Shown: positions 36,201 through 48,200 of the stretch, one piece after another
How positions within the stretch are numbered: the stretch's first letter is position 1
How the letters are laid out: every line of letters starts with the position of its first letter
Assembly (NCBI GenBank): GCA_964016885.1
Contig: OZ024744.1
Span: 25,606,001 to 25,670,000, forward strand
DNA: 64,000 bases
Reading direction: 5' to 3'
DNA from: Eledone cirrhosa
Taxonomy: Eukaryota
Notes under the pieces: model-generated
The model's database searches: none
The model's input: only the letters and a program-made list of their open reading frames with translations
What the model was told of the DNA's origin: nothing
Made by a program: the position numbers and the translations under genes

Positions 36201-39200
36201 AGAGCTTGGTAGTGGTTGTTAGTGGTTGTTAGTGGTTGTTAGTAGTTGTTAGTGGTTGTTTTGTGGTTGTTAGTGGTTGTTAGTGGTTGTTAGTGGTTGT
36301 TAGTGGGAGATAGTGAATGTTACTTGTTGTTAGTTGTTGTTAGTAGTTGTTAGTGGTTGTTAGTGGTTGTTAGTGGTTGTTAGTGGTTGTTAATGGTTGT
36401 TAGTGGTTGTTAGTAGTTGTTAATGATTGTTAGTGTTGTTAGTGGTTGTTAGTGATAGTTAGTAGTTGTTAGTAGTTGTTAGTGGTTGTTAGTGGTTGTT
36501 AGTGGTTGTTAGTGGTTGTTAGTGATTGTTATTTGTTGTTAGTGGTTGTTAGCGATTGTTAGTGAATGTTAGCGTTGTTAGTGGTTGTTATTGGTTGCTA
36601 GTAGTTGTTAGAGATTGTTAGTGGTTGTTAGTGGTTGTTAGTGGTTGTTAGTGGTTGTTAGTGGTTGTTAGTGTTGTTAGTGGTTGTTAGTGGTTGTTAG
36701 TAGTTGTTAGTAGTTGTTAGTGGTTGTTAGTGGTTGTTAGTTGTTGTTAGTGGTTGTTAGTGGATGTTAGTAGTTGTTAGTGGTTGTTAGAAGTTGCTAG
36801 TGGTTGTTAGAGGTTGTTAGTGTTTGTTAGTGATTGTTATTGGTTGTTATTGGTCGTTAGTGGTTGTTAATGATTATTAGTAGTTGTTAGTGGTTGTTAT
36901 AGTTGTTAGTAGTTGCTAGTAGTTGTTAGTGGTTGTTAGTGGTTGTTAGATGTTGTTAGTGGTTGTTAGTGGTTGTTAGTGGTTGTTAGTGGTTGTTAGC
37001 GGTTGTTAGTGGTTGTTAGTGTTGTTAGTGGTTGTTAGTGGTTGTTACTGGTTGTTACTAGTTGTTAGAGCTTGGTAGTGGTTGTTAGTGGTTGTTAGTG
37101 GTTGTTAGTGGTTGTTAATGATTGTTAGTGGTTGTTAGTGGTTGTTAGTGGTTTTTAGTAGTTGTTAGTGGTTGTCAGTTGTTGTTAGTGGTTGTTTGTG
37201 GTTGTTATTTGTTGTTAGTGGTTGTTAGCGATTGTTAGTGATTGTTAGTGTTGTTAGTGGTTGTAAGTGGTTGCTAGTAGTTGTTAGAGATTGTTAGTGG
37301 TTGTTAGTGGTTGTTAGTGGTTGTTAGTAGTTGTTACTAGTTGCTAGAGGTTGTTAGTGGTTGTTAGTGGTTGTTAGTGGTTGTTAGTAGTTGTTAGTAG
37401 TTGTTAGTGGTTGTTAGTGGTTGTTAGTGATTGTTAGTGTTGTTAGTGGTTGTTAGTGGTTTTTAGTGGTTGTTATTGATCGTTAGTTGTTGTTAGTGTA
37501 TATTAGTAGTTGTTAGTGGTTGTTAGTGGTTCTTAGTGGTACTTAGTGGTTGTTAGTGGTTGTTAGTGGTTGTTAGTAGTTGTTAGTGGTTGTTAGTGGT
37601 TGTTATTGATTGTCAGTGGTTGTTAGTGGTTGTTAGTAACTGTTTTTGGTCGTTAGTGGTTGTTAATGAATATTAGTAGTTGTTCGTGGTTGTTAGTGGT
37701 TGTTAGTGGTTCTTAGTAGTTGTTAGTGGTTGTTAGTAGTTGTTACTGGTTGTTACTGGTTGTTAGTGGTTGTTAGTGGTTATTAGTGGTTGTTAGTGGT
37801 TGTTAATGGTTGTTAGTTCATGTTAGTGGATGTTAGTGGATGTTAGTAGTTGTTAATGGTTGTTAGTGGTTGTTAGTGGTTGTTATTGGTTGTTAGTGGT
37901 TGTTAGTGGTTGGTAGTAGTTGTTAATGTTTGATAATGGTTGTTAGTAGTTGTTAGTGGTTGTTAGTGCTTGTTGGTAGTTTTTATTGGATGTTAGTGGT
38001 TGTTAGTGGTTGTTATAGTTGTTAGTAGTTGTTAGTAGTTATTAGTGTTTGTTAGTGGTTGTTAGTGGTTGTTAGTGGTTGTTAGTGTTGTTAGTGGTTG
38101 CTAGTGGTTGTTAGTGGATGTTAGTGGTTGTTAGTGGTTGTTAGTAGTTTAGTAGTTGTTAGTGGTTGTTAGTGGTTGTTAGTGGTTGTTAATGGTTGTT
38201 AGTGGTTGTTAGTAGTTGTTAGTGGTTGTTAGTGGTTGTTAGTGCTTGTTAGTAGTTGTTAGTGGTTGTTAGTGGTTGTTAGTGGTTGTTAGTGGTTGTT
38301 TGTGTTTGTTACCGTTTGTGAGTGATTGTTTGTGTTGTTAGTGGTTGTTAGTGGTTGTTAGTGGTTGTTAGTGATTGTTAGTAGTTGCTAGTAGTTGTTA
38401 GTGGTTGTTAGTGGTTGTTATTGATTGTGAGTGGTTGTTAATGGTTGTTAGTAATTGTTGTTGGTAGTTAGTGGTTGTTTATGTTTGTTAGTAGTTGTTA
38501 GTGGTTGTTAGTGGTTGTTAGTGGTTGTTAGTGGTTGTTAGTGGTTGTTAGTGGTTGTTAGTGGTTGTTAGTAGTTGTTAGCGGTTGTTAGTGGTTGTTA
38601 GAGTTGTTAGTGGTTGTTAGTGGTTGTTACTGGTTGTTAGTAGTTGTTAGAGCTTGGTAGTGGTTGTTAGTGGTTGTTAGTGGTTGTTAGTAGTTGTTAG
38701 TGGTTGTTAGCGGTTGTTAGTGGTTGTTAGTGGTTGCTAGTGGAAGTTAGTAGTTGTTAATGGTTGTTAGTGGTTCTTAGTGGTTCTTAGTATTTGTTAG
38801 TGGTTGTTAGTAGTTGTTAATGTTTGATAATGATTGTTAGTGGTTGTTAGTGGTTGTTAGTAGTTGTTAGTGGTTGTTAGTGATTGTTAGTGGTTGTTAA
38901 TGGTTGTTAGTGTTTGTTAGTGGATATTAGTGGATGTTAGTAGTTGTTAATGGTTGTTAGTGGTTGTTAGTGGTTGTTAGTGATTGTTAGTGGTTGTTAG
39001 TAGTTGTTAATGTTTGATAATGGTTGTTAGTAATCGTTAGTGGTTGTTAGTGGTTGTTAGTGGTTGTTAGTGGTTGTTAGAGGTTGATAATGCTTGTTAG
39101 TAATGTTAGTGGTTGTTAGTCGTTGTTAGTAGTTGTTAGTGGATGTTAGTGTTTGTTAGTGGTTGTTAGTAGTTGTTAGTGGTTGTTAGTAGTTGTTAGT

Positions 39201-42200
39201 GGTTGTTAGTGGTTGTTAGTGGTTGTTAGTGGGAGATAGTGGATGTTAGTTGTTGTTAATTGTTGTTAGTAGTTGCTAGTGGTTGTTAGTGGTTGTTAGT
39301 GGTTGTTAGTGGTTGTTAATGGTTGTTAGTGGTTGTTAGTAGTTGTTAGTGGTTATTAGTGGTTGTTAGTAGTTGTTAGTGTTTGTTAGTGGTTGTTAGT
39401 AGTTGTTAGTGGTTGTTAGTGTTTGTTAGTGGGTGTTAGTGGTTGTTAGTGGATGTTAGTAGTTGTTAGTGGTTGTTAGTGGTTGTTAGTGGTTGTTAGT
39501 GTTTGTTAGTGGTTGTTAACGGTTGTTAATGATTGTTAGTGTTGTTAGTGGTTGTTAGTGATTGTTAGTGGTTGTTAGGGGTTGTTGGTGGTTGCTGGTG
39601 GTTGTTAGTGGTTGTTAGCGGTTGTTAGTGGTTGTTAGTGTTGTTAGTGGTTGTTAGTGGTTGTTACTGGTTGTTAGTAGTTGTTAGAGCTTGGTAGTGG
39701 TTGTTAGTGGTTGTTAGTGGTTGTTAGTAGTTGTTAGTGGTTGTTAGTGGTTGTTAGTGGTTGTTAGTGGTTGTTATTGGTTGTTAGTGGATGTTAGTAG
39801 TTGTTAATGTTTGTTAGTGGTTGTTAGTGGTTGTTAGTAGTTGTTAGTGGTTGTTAGTAGTTGTTAGTGGTTGTTAGTGGTTGTTAGTGGTTGTTAATGG
39901 TTGTTAGTGGTTGTTAGTGGATGTTAGTGTTGTTTGTGGTTGTTAGTGGTTGTTAGTGGTTGTTAGTGGTTGTTAGTGGTTGTTAGTGGTTGTAGTGGTT
40001 GTTAGTAGTTGTTATTGGTTGTTAGTGGTTGTTAGTGGTTGTTAGTGTTTGTTAGTGGTTGTTAGCGGTTGTTAATGATTGTTAGTGTTGTTAGTGGTTG
40101 TTAGTGATTGTTAGTAGTTGTTAGTAGTTGTTAGTGGTTGTTAGTGGTTGTTAGTGGTTGTTAATGGTTGTTATTTGTTGTTAGTGGTTGTTAACGATTG
40201 TTAGTGATTGTTAGTGTTGTTAGTGGTTGTTAGAGGTTGCTAGTAGTTGTTAGAGATTGTTAGTGGTTGTTAGTGGTTGTTAGTGGTTGTTAGTAGTTGT
40301 TACTAGTTGCTAGAGGTTGTTAATGGTTGTTAGTGATTGTTAGTGTTGTTAGTGGTTGTTAGTAATTGTTATTGGTCGTTAGTGGTTGTTAATGTTTGTT
40401 AGTAGTTGTTAGTGGTTGTTAGTGGTTGTTAGTGGTTGTTAGTGGTTGTTAGTGGTTGTTAGTGGTTGTTAGTGTTGTTACTGGTTGTTAGTGGTTGTTA
40501 GTGGTTGTTAGTGGTTGTTAGTGGTTGTTAATGGATGTTAGTAGTTGTTAATGATTATTAGTAGTTGTTAGTGGTTGGTAGTGGTTGTTAGTGGTCGTTA
40601 GTGGTTGTTAGTGGTTGTTAGTGGCTGTTAGTGGTTGTTAGTGGTTGTTAGTAGTTGTTTGTGGTTGACAGTGGTTGTTATTGATTGTCAGTGGTTGTTA
40701 GTGGTTGTTAGTAATTGTTATTGGTCGTTAGTGGTTGTTAATGTTTGTTAGTAGTTGTTAGTGGTTGTTAGTGGTTGTTAGTGGTTGTTAGTGGTTGTTA
40801 GTGGTTGTTAGTGGTTGTTAGTGTTGTTACTGGTTGTTAGTGGTTGTTAGTGGTTGTTAGTGGTTGTTAGTGGTTGTTAATGGATGTTAGTAGTTGTTAA
40901 TGGTTGTTAGTGGTTGTTAGTGGTTGTTAGTAGTTGTTAGTGGTTGTTTGTGGTTGTTAGTAGTTGTTAGTGGTTGTTAGAGGTTGTTAATGGTTGTTAG
41001 TAGTTGTTAGTGGTTGTTTGTGGTTGTTAGTAGTTGTTAGTGGTTGTTAGTGGTTGTTAATAGTTGTTAGTGGTTGTTAGTGGATGTTAGGGGATGTTAG
41101 TAGTTGTTGATGGTTGTTAGTGGTTGTTAGTGGATGTTATTGGTTGTTAGTGGTTGTTAGTGGTTGTTAGTAGTTGTTAGTGGTTGTTAGAGGTTGTTAA
41201 TGGTTGTTAGTAGTTGTTAGTGGTTGTTTGTGGTTGTTAGTAGTTGTTAGTGGTTGTTAGTGGTTGTTAGTGGTTGTTAGTGGTTGTAAGTGGTTGTTAG
41301 TAATTGTTATTGGTCGTTAGTGGTTGTTAATGGTTGTTAGTAGTTGTTAGTGGTTGTTAGTGGTTCTTAGTGGTTGTTAGTAGTTGTTAGTGGTTGTTAG
41401 TGGTTGTTAGTGGTTGTTAGTGGTTGTTTGTGGTTGTTAATGGTTGTTAGTGGTTGTTATTAGTTGTTAGTGGTTGTTAGTGGTTGTTAGTGGTTCTAGT
41501 GTTGTTAGTGGTTGTTAGTGGTTGTTAGTGGTTGTTAGTGGTTGTTAGTGGTTGTTAGTGTTGTTAATGGTTGTTAGTAGTTGTTAGTGGTTGTTAATCT
41601 TTGTTAGTAGTTGTTAGTGGTTGTTATTCGTTGTTAGTGGTTGTTAGAGGTTGTTAATGGTTATTAGTAGTTGTTAGTAATTGTTAGTGGTCGTTAGATG
41701 TTGTTTCTGGTTGTTAGTGGTTGTTAGTGGTTGTTAGTGGTTGTTAGTCGTTGTTAGTAGTTGTTAGTGGATGTTAGTGTTTGTTAGTGGTTGTTAGTAG
41801 TTGTTAGTGGTTGTTAGTAGTTGTTAGTGGTTGTTAGTGGTTGTTAGTGGTTGTTAGTGGTTGTTAGTGGTTGTTAGTGTTGTTAGTGGTTGTTAGTGGT
41901 TGTTAGTGGTTGTTAGTGGGAGATAGTGGATGTTAGTTGTTGTTAATTGTTGTTAGTAGTTGCTAGTGGTTGTTAGTGGTTGTTAGTGGTTGTTAGTGGT
42001 TGTTAATGGTTGTTAGTGGTTGTTAGTAGTTGTTAGTGTTTGTTAGTGGTTGTTAGTAGTTGTTAGTGGTTGTTAGTGTTTGTTAGTGGGTGTTAGTGGT
42101 TGTTAGTGGATGTTAGTAGTTGTTAGTGGTTGTTAGTGGTTGTTAGTGGTTGTTAGTGTTTGTTAGTGGTTGTTAGCGGTTGTTAATGATTGTTAGTGTT

Positions 42201-45200
42201 GTTAGTGGTTGTTAGTGGTTGTTACTGGTTGTTAGTAGTTGTTAGAGCTTGGTAGTGGTTGTTAGTGGTTGTTAGTGGTTGTTAGTAGTTGTTAGTGGTT
42301 GTTAGTGGTTGTTAGTGGTTGTTAGTGGTTGTTATTGGTTGTTAATGGATGTTAGTAGTTGTTAATGTTTGTTAGTGGTTGTTAGTGGTTGTTAGTAGTT
42401 GTTAGTGGTTGTTAGTAGTTGTTAGTGGTTGTTAGTGGTTGTTAGTGGTTGTTAGTGATTGTTAGTGTTGTTAGTGGTTGTTAGTGGTTTTTAGTGGTTG
42501 TTATTGATCGTTAGTTGTTGTTAGTATATATTAGTAGTTGTTAGTGGTTGTTAGTGGTTCTTAGTGGTACTTAGTGGTTGTTAGTGGTTGTTAGTGGTTG
42601 TTAGTAGTTGTTAGTGGTTGTTAGTGGTTGTTATTGATTGTCAGTGGTTGTTAGTGGTTGTTAGTAACTGTTTTTGGTCGTTAGTGGTTGTTAATGAATA
42701 TTAGTAGTTGTTCGTGGTTGTTAGTGGTTGTTAGTGGTTCTTAGTAGTTGTTAGTGGTTGTTAGTAGTTGTTACTGGTTGTTACTGGTTGTTAGTGGTTG
42801 TTAGTGGTTATTAGTGGTTGTTAGTGGTTGTTAATGGTTGTTAGTTCATGTTAGTGGATGTTAGTGGATGTTAGTAGTTGTTAATGGTTGTTAGTGGTTG
42901 TTAGTGGTTGTTATTGGTTGTTAGTGGTTGTTAGTGGTTGGTAGTAGTTGTTAATGTTTGATAATGGTTGTTAGTAGTTGTTAGTGGTTGTTAGTGCTTG
43001 TTGGTAGTTTTTATTGGATGTTAGTGGTTGTTAGTGGTTGTTATAGTTGTTAGTAGTTGTTAGTAGTTATTAGTGGTTGTTAGTGGTTGTTAGTGGTTGT
43101 TAGTGGTTGTTAGTGTTGTTAGTGGTTGCTAGTGGTTGTTAGTGGATGTTAGTGGTTGTTAGTGGTTGTTAGTAGTTTAGTAGTTGTTAGTGGTTGTTAG
43201 TGGTTGTTAGTGGTTGTTAATGGTTGTTAGTGGTTGTTAGTAGGTGTTAGTGGTTGTTAGTGGTTGTTAGTGCTTGTTAGTAGTTGTTAGTGGTTGTTAG
43301 TGGTTGTTAGTGGTTGTTAGTGGTTGTTTGTGTTTGTTACCGTTTGTGAGTGATTGTTTGTGTTGTTAGTGGTTGTTAGTGGTTGTTAGTGGTTGTTAGT
43401 GATTGTTAGTAGTTGCTAGTAGTTGTTAGTGGTTGTTAGTGGTTGTTATTGATTGTGAGTGGTTGTTAATGGTTGTTAGTAATTGTTGTTGGTAGTTAGT
43501 GGTTGTTTATGTTTGTTAGTAGTTGTTAGTGGTTGTTAGTGGTTGTTAGTGGTTGTTAGTGGTTGTTAGTGGTTGTTAGTGGTTGTTAGTGGTTGTTAGT
43601 AGTTGTTAGCGGTTGTTAGTGGTTGTTAGAGTTGTTAGTGGTTGTTAGTGGTTGTTACTGGTTGTTAGTAGTTGTTAGAGCTTGGTAGTGGTTGTTAGTG
43701 GTTGTTAGTGGTTGTTAGTAGTTGTTAGTGGTTGTTAGCGGTTGTTAGTGGTTGTTAGTGGTTGCTAGTGGAAGTTAGTAGTTGTTAATGGTTGTTAGTG
43801 GTTGTTAGTGGTTCTTAGTATTTGTTAGTGGTTGTTAGTAGTTGTTAATGTTTGATAATGATTGTTAGTGGTTGTTAGTGGTTGTTAGTAGTTGTTAGTG
43901 GTTGTTAGTGATTGTTAGTGGTTGTTAATGGTTGTTAGTGTTTGTTAGTGGATATTAGTGGATGTTAATAGTTGTTAATGGTTGTTAGTGGTTGTTAGTG
44001 GTTGTTAGTGATTGTTAGTGGTTGTTAGTAGTTGTTAATGTTTGATAATGGTTGTTAGTAATCGTTAGTGGTTGTTAGTGGTTGTTAGTGGTTGTTAGTG
44101 GTTGTTAGAGGTTGATAATGCTTGTTAGTAATGTTAGTGGTTGTTAGTCGTTGTTAGTAGTTGTTAGTGGATGTTAGTGTTTGTTAGTGGTTGTTAGTAG
44201 TTGTTAGTGGTTGTTAGTAGTTGTTAGTGGTTGTTAGTGGTTGTTAGTGGTTGTTAGTGGGAGATAGTGGATGTTAGTTGTTGTTAATTGTTGTTAGTAG
44301 TTGCTAGTGGTTGTTAGTGGTTGTTAGTGGTTGTTAGTGGTTGTTAATGGTTGTTAGTGGTTGTTAGTAGTTGTTAGTGGTTATTAGTGGTTGTTAGTAG
44401 TTGTTAGTGTTTGTTAGTGGTTGTTAGTAGTTGTTAGTGGTTGTTAGTGTTTGTTAGTGGGTGTTAGTGGTTGTTAGTGGATGTTAGTAGTTGTTAGTGG
44501 TTGTTAGTGGTTGTTAGTGGTTGTTAGTGTTTGTTAGTGGTTGTTAACGGTTGTTAATGATTGTTAGTGTTGTTAGTGGTTGTTAGTGATTGTTAGTGGT
44601 TGTTAGGGGTTGTTGGTGGTTGTTGGTGGTTGTTAGTGTTTGTTAGCGGTTGTTAGTGGTTGTTAGTGTTGTTAGTGGTTGTTAGTGGTTGTTACTGGTT
44701 GTTAGTAGTTGTTAGAGCTTGGTAGTGGTTGTTAGTGGTTGTTAGTGGTTGTTAGTAGTTGTTAGTGGTTGTTAGTGGTTGTTAGTGGTTGTTAGTGGTT
44801 GTTATTGGTTGTTAGTGGATGTTAGTAGTTGTTAATGTTTGTTAGTGGTTGTTAGTGGTTGTTAGTAGTTGTTAGTGGTTGTTAGTAGTTGTTAGTGGTT
44901 GTTAGTGTTCGTTAGTGGTTGTTAATGGTTGTTAGTGGTTGTTAGTGGATGTTAGTGTTGTTTGTGGTTGTTAGTGGTTGTTAGTGGTTGTTAGTGGTTG
45001 TTAGTGGTTGTTAGTGGTTGTAGTGGTTGTTAGTAGTTGTTATTGGTTGTTAGTGGTTGTTAGTGGTTGTTAGTGTTTGTTAGTGGTTGTTAGCGGTTGT
45101 TAATGATTGTTAGTGTTGTTAGTGGTTGTTAGTGATTGTTAGTAGTTGTTAGTAGTTGTTAGTGGTTGTTAGTGGTTGTTAGTGGTTGTTAATGGTTGTT

Positions 45201-48200
45201 ATTTGTTGTTAGTGGTTGTTAACGATTGTTAGTGATTGTTAGTGTTGTTAGTGGTTGTTAGAGGTTGCTAGTAGTTGTTAGAGATTGTTAGTGGTTGTTA
45301 GTGGTTGTTAGTGGTTGTTAGTAGTTGTTACTAGTTGCTAGAGGTTGTTAATGGTTGTTAGTGATTGTTAGCGGTTGTTAGTGATTGTTAGTGTTGTTAG
45401 TGGTTGTTAGTGGTTGTTATTGGTCGTTAGTTGTTGTTAATGATTATTAGTAGTTGTTAGTGGTTGGTAGTGGTTGTTAGTGGTCGTTAGTGGTTGTTAG
45501 TGGTTGTTAGTGGCTGTTAGTGGTTGTTAGTGGTTGTTAGTAGTTGTTTGTGGTTGACAGTGGTTGTTATTGATTGTCAGTGGTTGTTAGTGGTTGTTAG
45601 TAATTGTTATTGGTCGTTAGTGGTTGTTAATGTTTGTTAGTAGTTGTTAGTGGTTGTTAGTGGTTGTTAGTGGTTGTTAGTGGTTGTTAGTGGTTGTTAG
45701 TGGTTGTTAGTGTTGTTACTGGTTGTTAGTGGTTGTTAGTGGTTGTTAGTGGTTGTTAGTGGTTGTTAATGGATGTTAGTAGTTGGTAATGGTTGTTAGT
45801 GGTTGTTAGTGGTTGTTAGTAGTTGTTAGTGGTTGTTTGTGGTTGTTAGTAGTTGTTAGTGGTTGTTAGAGGTTGTTAATGGTTGTTAGTAGTTGTTAGT
45901 GGTTGTTTGTGGTTGTTAGTAGTTGTTAGTGGTTGTTAGTGGTTGTTAATAGTTGTTAGTGGTTGTTAGTGGATGTTAGGGGATGTTAGTAGTTGTTGAT
46001 GGTTGTTAGTGGTTGTTAGTGGATGTTATTGGTTGTTAGTGGTTGTTAGTGGTTGTTAGTAGTTGTTAGTGGTTGTTAGTGGTTGTTAGTGGTTGTTAGT
46101 AGTTGTTAGTGGTTGTTAGTGGTTGTTAGTGGTTGTTAGTGGTTGTTTGTGGTTGTTAATGGTTGTTAGTGGTTGTTAGTGGTTGTTAGAGGTTGTTAAT
46201 GGTTGTTAGTAGTTGTTAGTGGTTGTTTGTGGTTGTTAGTAGTTGTTAGTGGTTGTTAGAGGTTGTTAATGGTTGTTAGTAGTTGTTAGTGGTTGTTTGT
46301 GGTTGTTAGTAGTTGTTAGTGGTTGTTAGTGGTTGTTAGTGGTTGTTAGTGGTTGTAAGTGGTTGTTAGTAATTGTTATTGGTCGTTAGTGGTTGTTAAT
46401 GGTTGTTAGTAGTTGTTAGTGGTTGTTAGTGGTTCTTAGTGGTTGTTAGTAGTTGTTAGTGGTTGTTAGTGGTTGTTAGTGGTTGTTAGTGGTTGTTTGT
46501 AGTTGTTAATGGTTGTTAGTGGTTGTTATTAGTTGTTAGTGGTTGTTAGTGGTTGTTAGTGGTTCTAGTGTTGTTAGTGGTTGTTAGTGGTTGTTAGTGG
46601 TTGTTAGTGGTTGTTAGTGGTTGTTAGTGTTGTTAATGGTTGTTAGTAGTTGTTAGTGGTTGTTAATCTTTGTTAGTAGTTGTTAGTGGTTGTTATTGGT
46701 TGTTAGTGGTTGTTAGAGGTTGTTAATGGTTATTAGTAGTTGTTAGTAATTGTTAGTGGTCGTTAGATGTTGTTTCTGGTTGTTAGTGGTTGTTAGTGGT
46801 TGTTAGTGGTTGTTAGTCGTTGTTAGTAGTTGTTAGTGGATGTTAGTGTTTGTTAGTGGTTGTTAGTAGTTGTTAGTGGTTGTTAGTAGTTGTTAGTGGT
46901 TGTTAGTGGTTGTTAGTGGTTGTTAGTGGTTGTTAGTGGTTGTTAGTGTTGTTAGTGGTTGTTAGTGGTTGTTAGTGGTTGTTAGTGGGAGATAGTGGAT
47001 GTTAGTTGTTGTTAATTGTTGTTAGTAGTTGCTAGTGGTTGTTAGTGGTTGTTAGTGGTTGTTAGTGGTTGTTAATGGTTGTTAGTGGTTGTTAGTAGTT
47101 GTTAGTGTTTGTTAGTGGTTGTTAGTAGTTGTTAGTGGTTGTTAGTGTTTGTTAGTGGGTGTTAGTGGTTGTTAGTGGATGTTAGTAGTTGTTAGTGGTT
47201 GTTAGTGGTTGTTAGTGGTTGTTAGTGTTTGTTAGTGGTTGTTAGCGGTTGTTAATGATTGTTAGTGTTGTTAGTGGTTGTTAGTGATTGTTAGTGGTTG
47301 TTAGTGGTTGTTAGTGGTTGTTAGTGGTTGTTAGTGGTTGTTAGCGGTTGTTAGTGGTTGTTAGTGTTGTTAGTGGTTGTTAGTGGTTGTTACTGGTTGT
47401 TAGTAGTTGTTAGAGCTTGGTAGTGGTTGTTAGTGGTTGTTAGTGGTTGTTAGTAGTTGTTAGTGGTTGTTAGTGGTTGTTAGTGGTTGTTAGTGGTTGT
47501 TATTGGTTGTTAATGGATGTTAGTAGTTGTTAATGTTTGTTAGTGGTTGTTAGTGGTTGTTAGTAGTTGTTAGTGGTTGTTAGTAGTTGTTAGTGGTTGT
47601 TAGTGGTTGTTAGTGGTTGTTAATGGTTGTTAGTGGTTGTTAGTGGATGTTAGTGTTGTTTGTGGTTGTTAGTGGTTGTTAGTGGTTGTTAGTGGTTGTT
47701 AGTGGTTGTTAGTGGTTGTAGTGGTTGTTAGTAGTTGTTATTGGTTGTTAGTGGTTGTTAGTGGTTGTTAGTGTTTGTTAGTGGTTGTTAGCGGTTGTTA
47801 ATGATTGTTAGTGTTGTTAGTGGTTGTTAGTGATTGTTAGTAGTTGTTAGTAGTTGTTAGTGGTTGTTAGTGGTTGTTAGTGGTTGTTAGTGGTTGTTAA
47901 TGGTTTTTATTTGTTGTTAGTGGTTGTTAACGATTGTTAGTGATTGTTAGTGTTGTTAGTGGTTGTTAGAGGTTGCTAGAAGTTGTTAGAGATTGTTAGT
48001 GGTTGTTAGTGGTTGTTAGTGGTTGTTAGTAGTTGTTACTAGTTGCTAGAGGTTGTTAATGGTTGTTAGTGATTGTTAGCGGTTGTTAGTGATTGTTAGT
48101 GTTGTTAGTGGTTGTTAGTGGTTGTTATTGGTCGTTAGTTGTTGTTAATGATTATTAGTAGTTGTTAGTTGTTGTTAGAGTTTGTTAGTGGATGTTAGTG

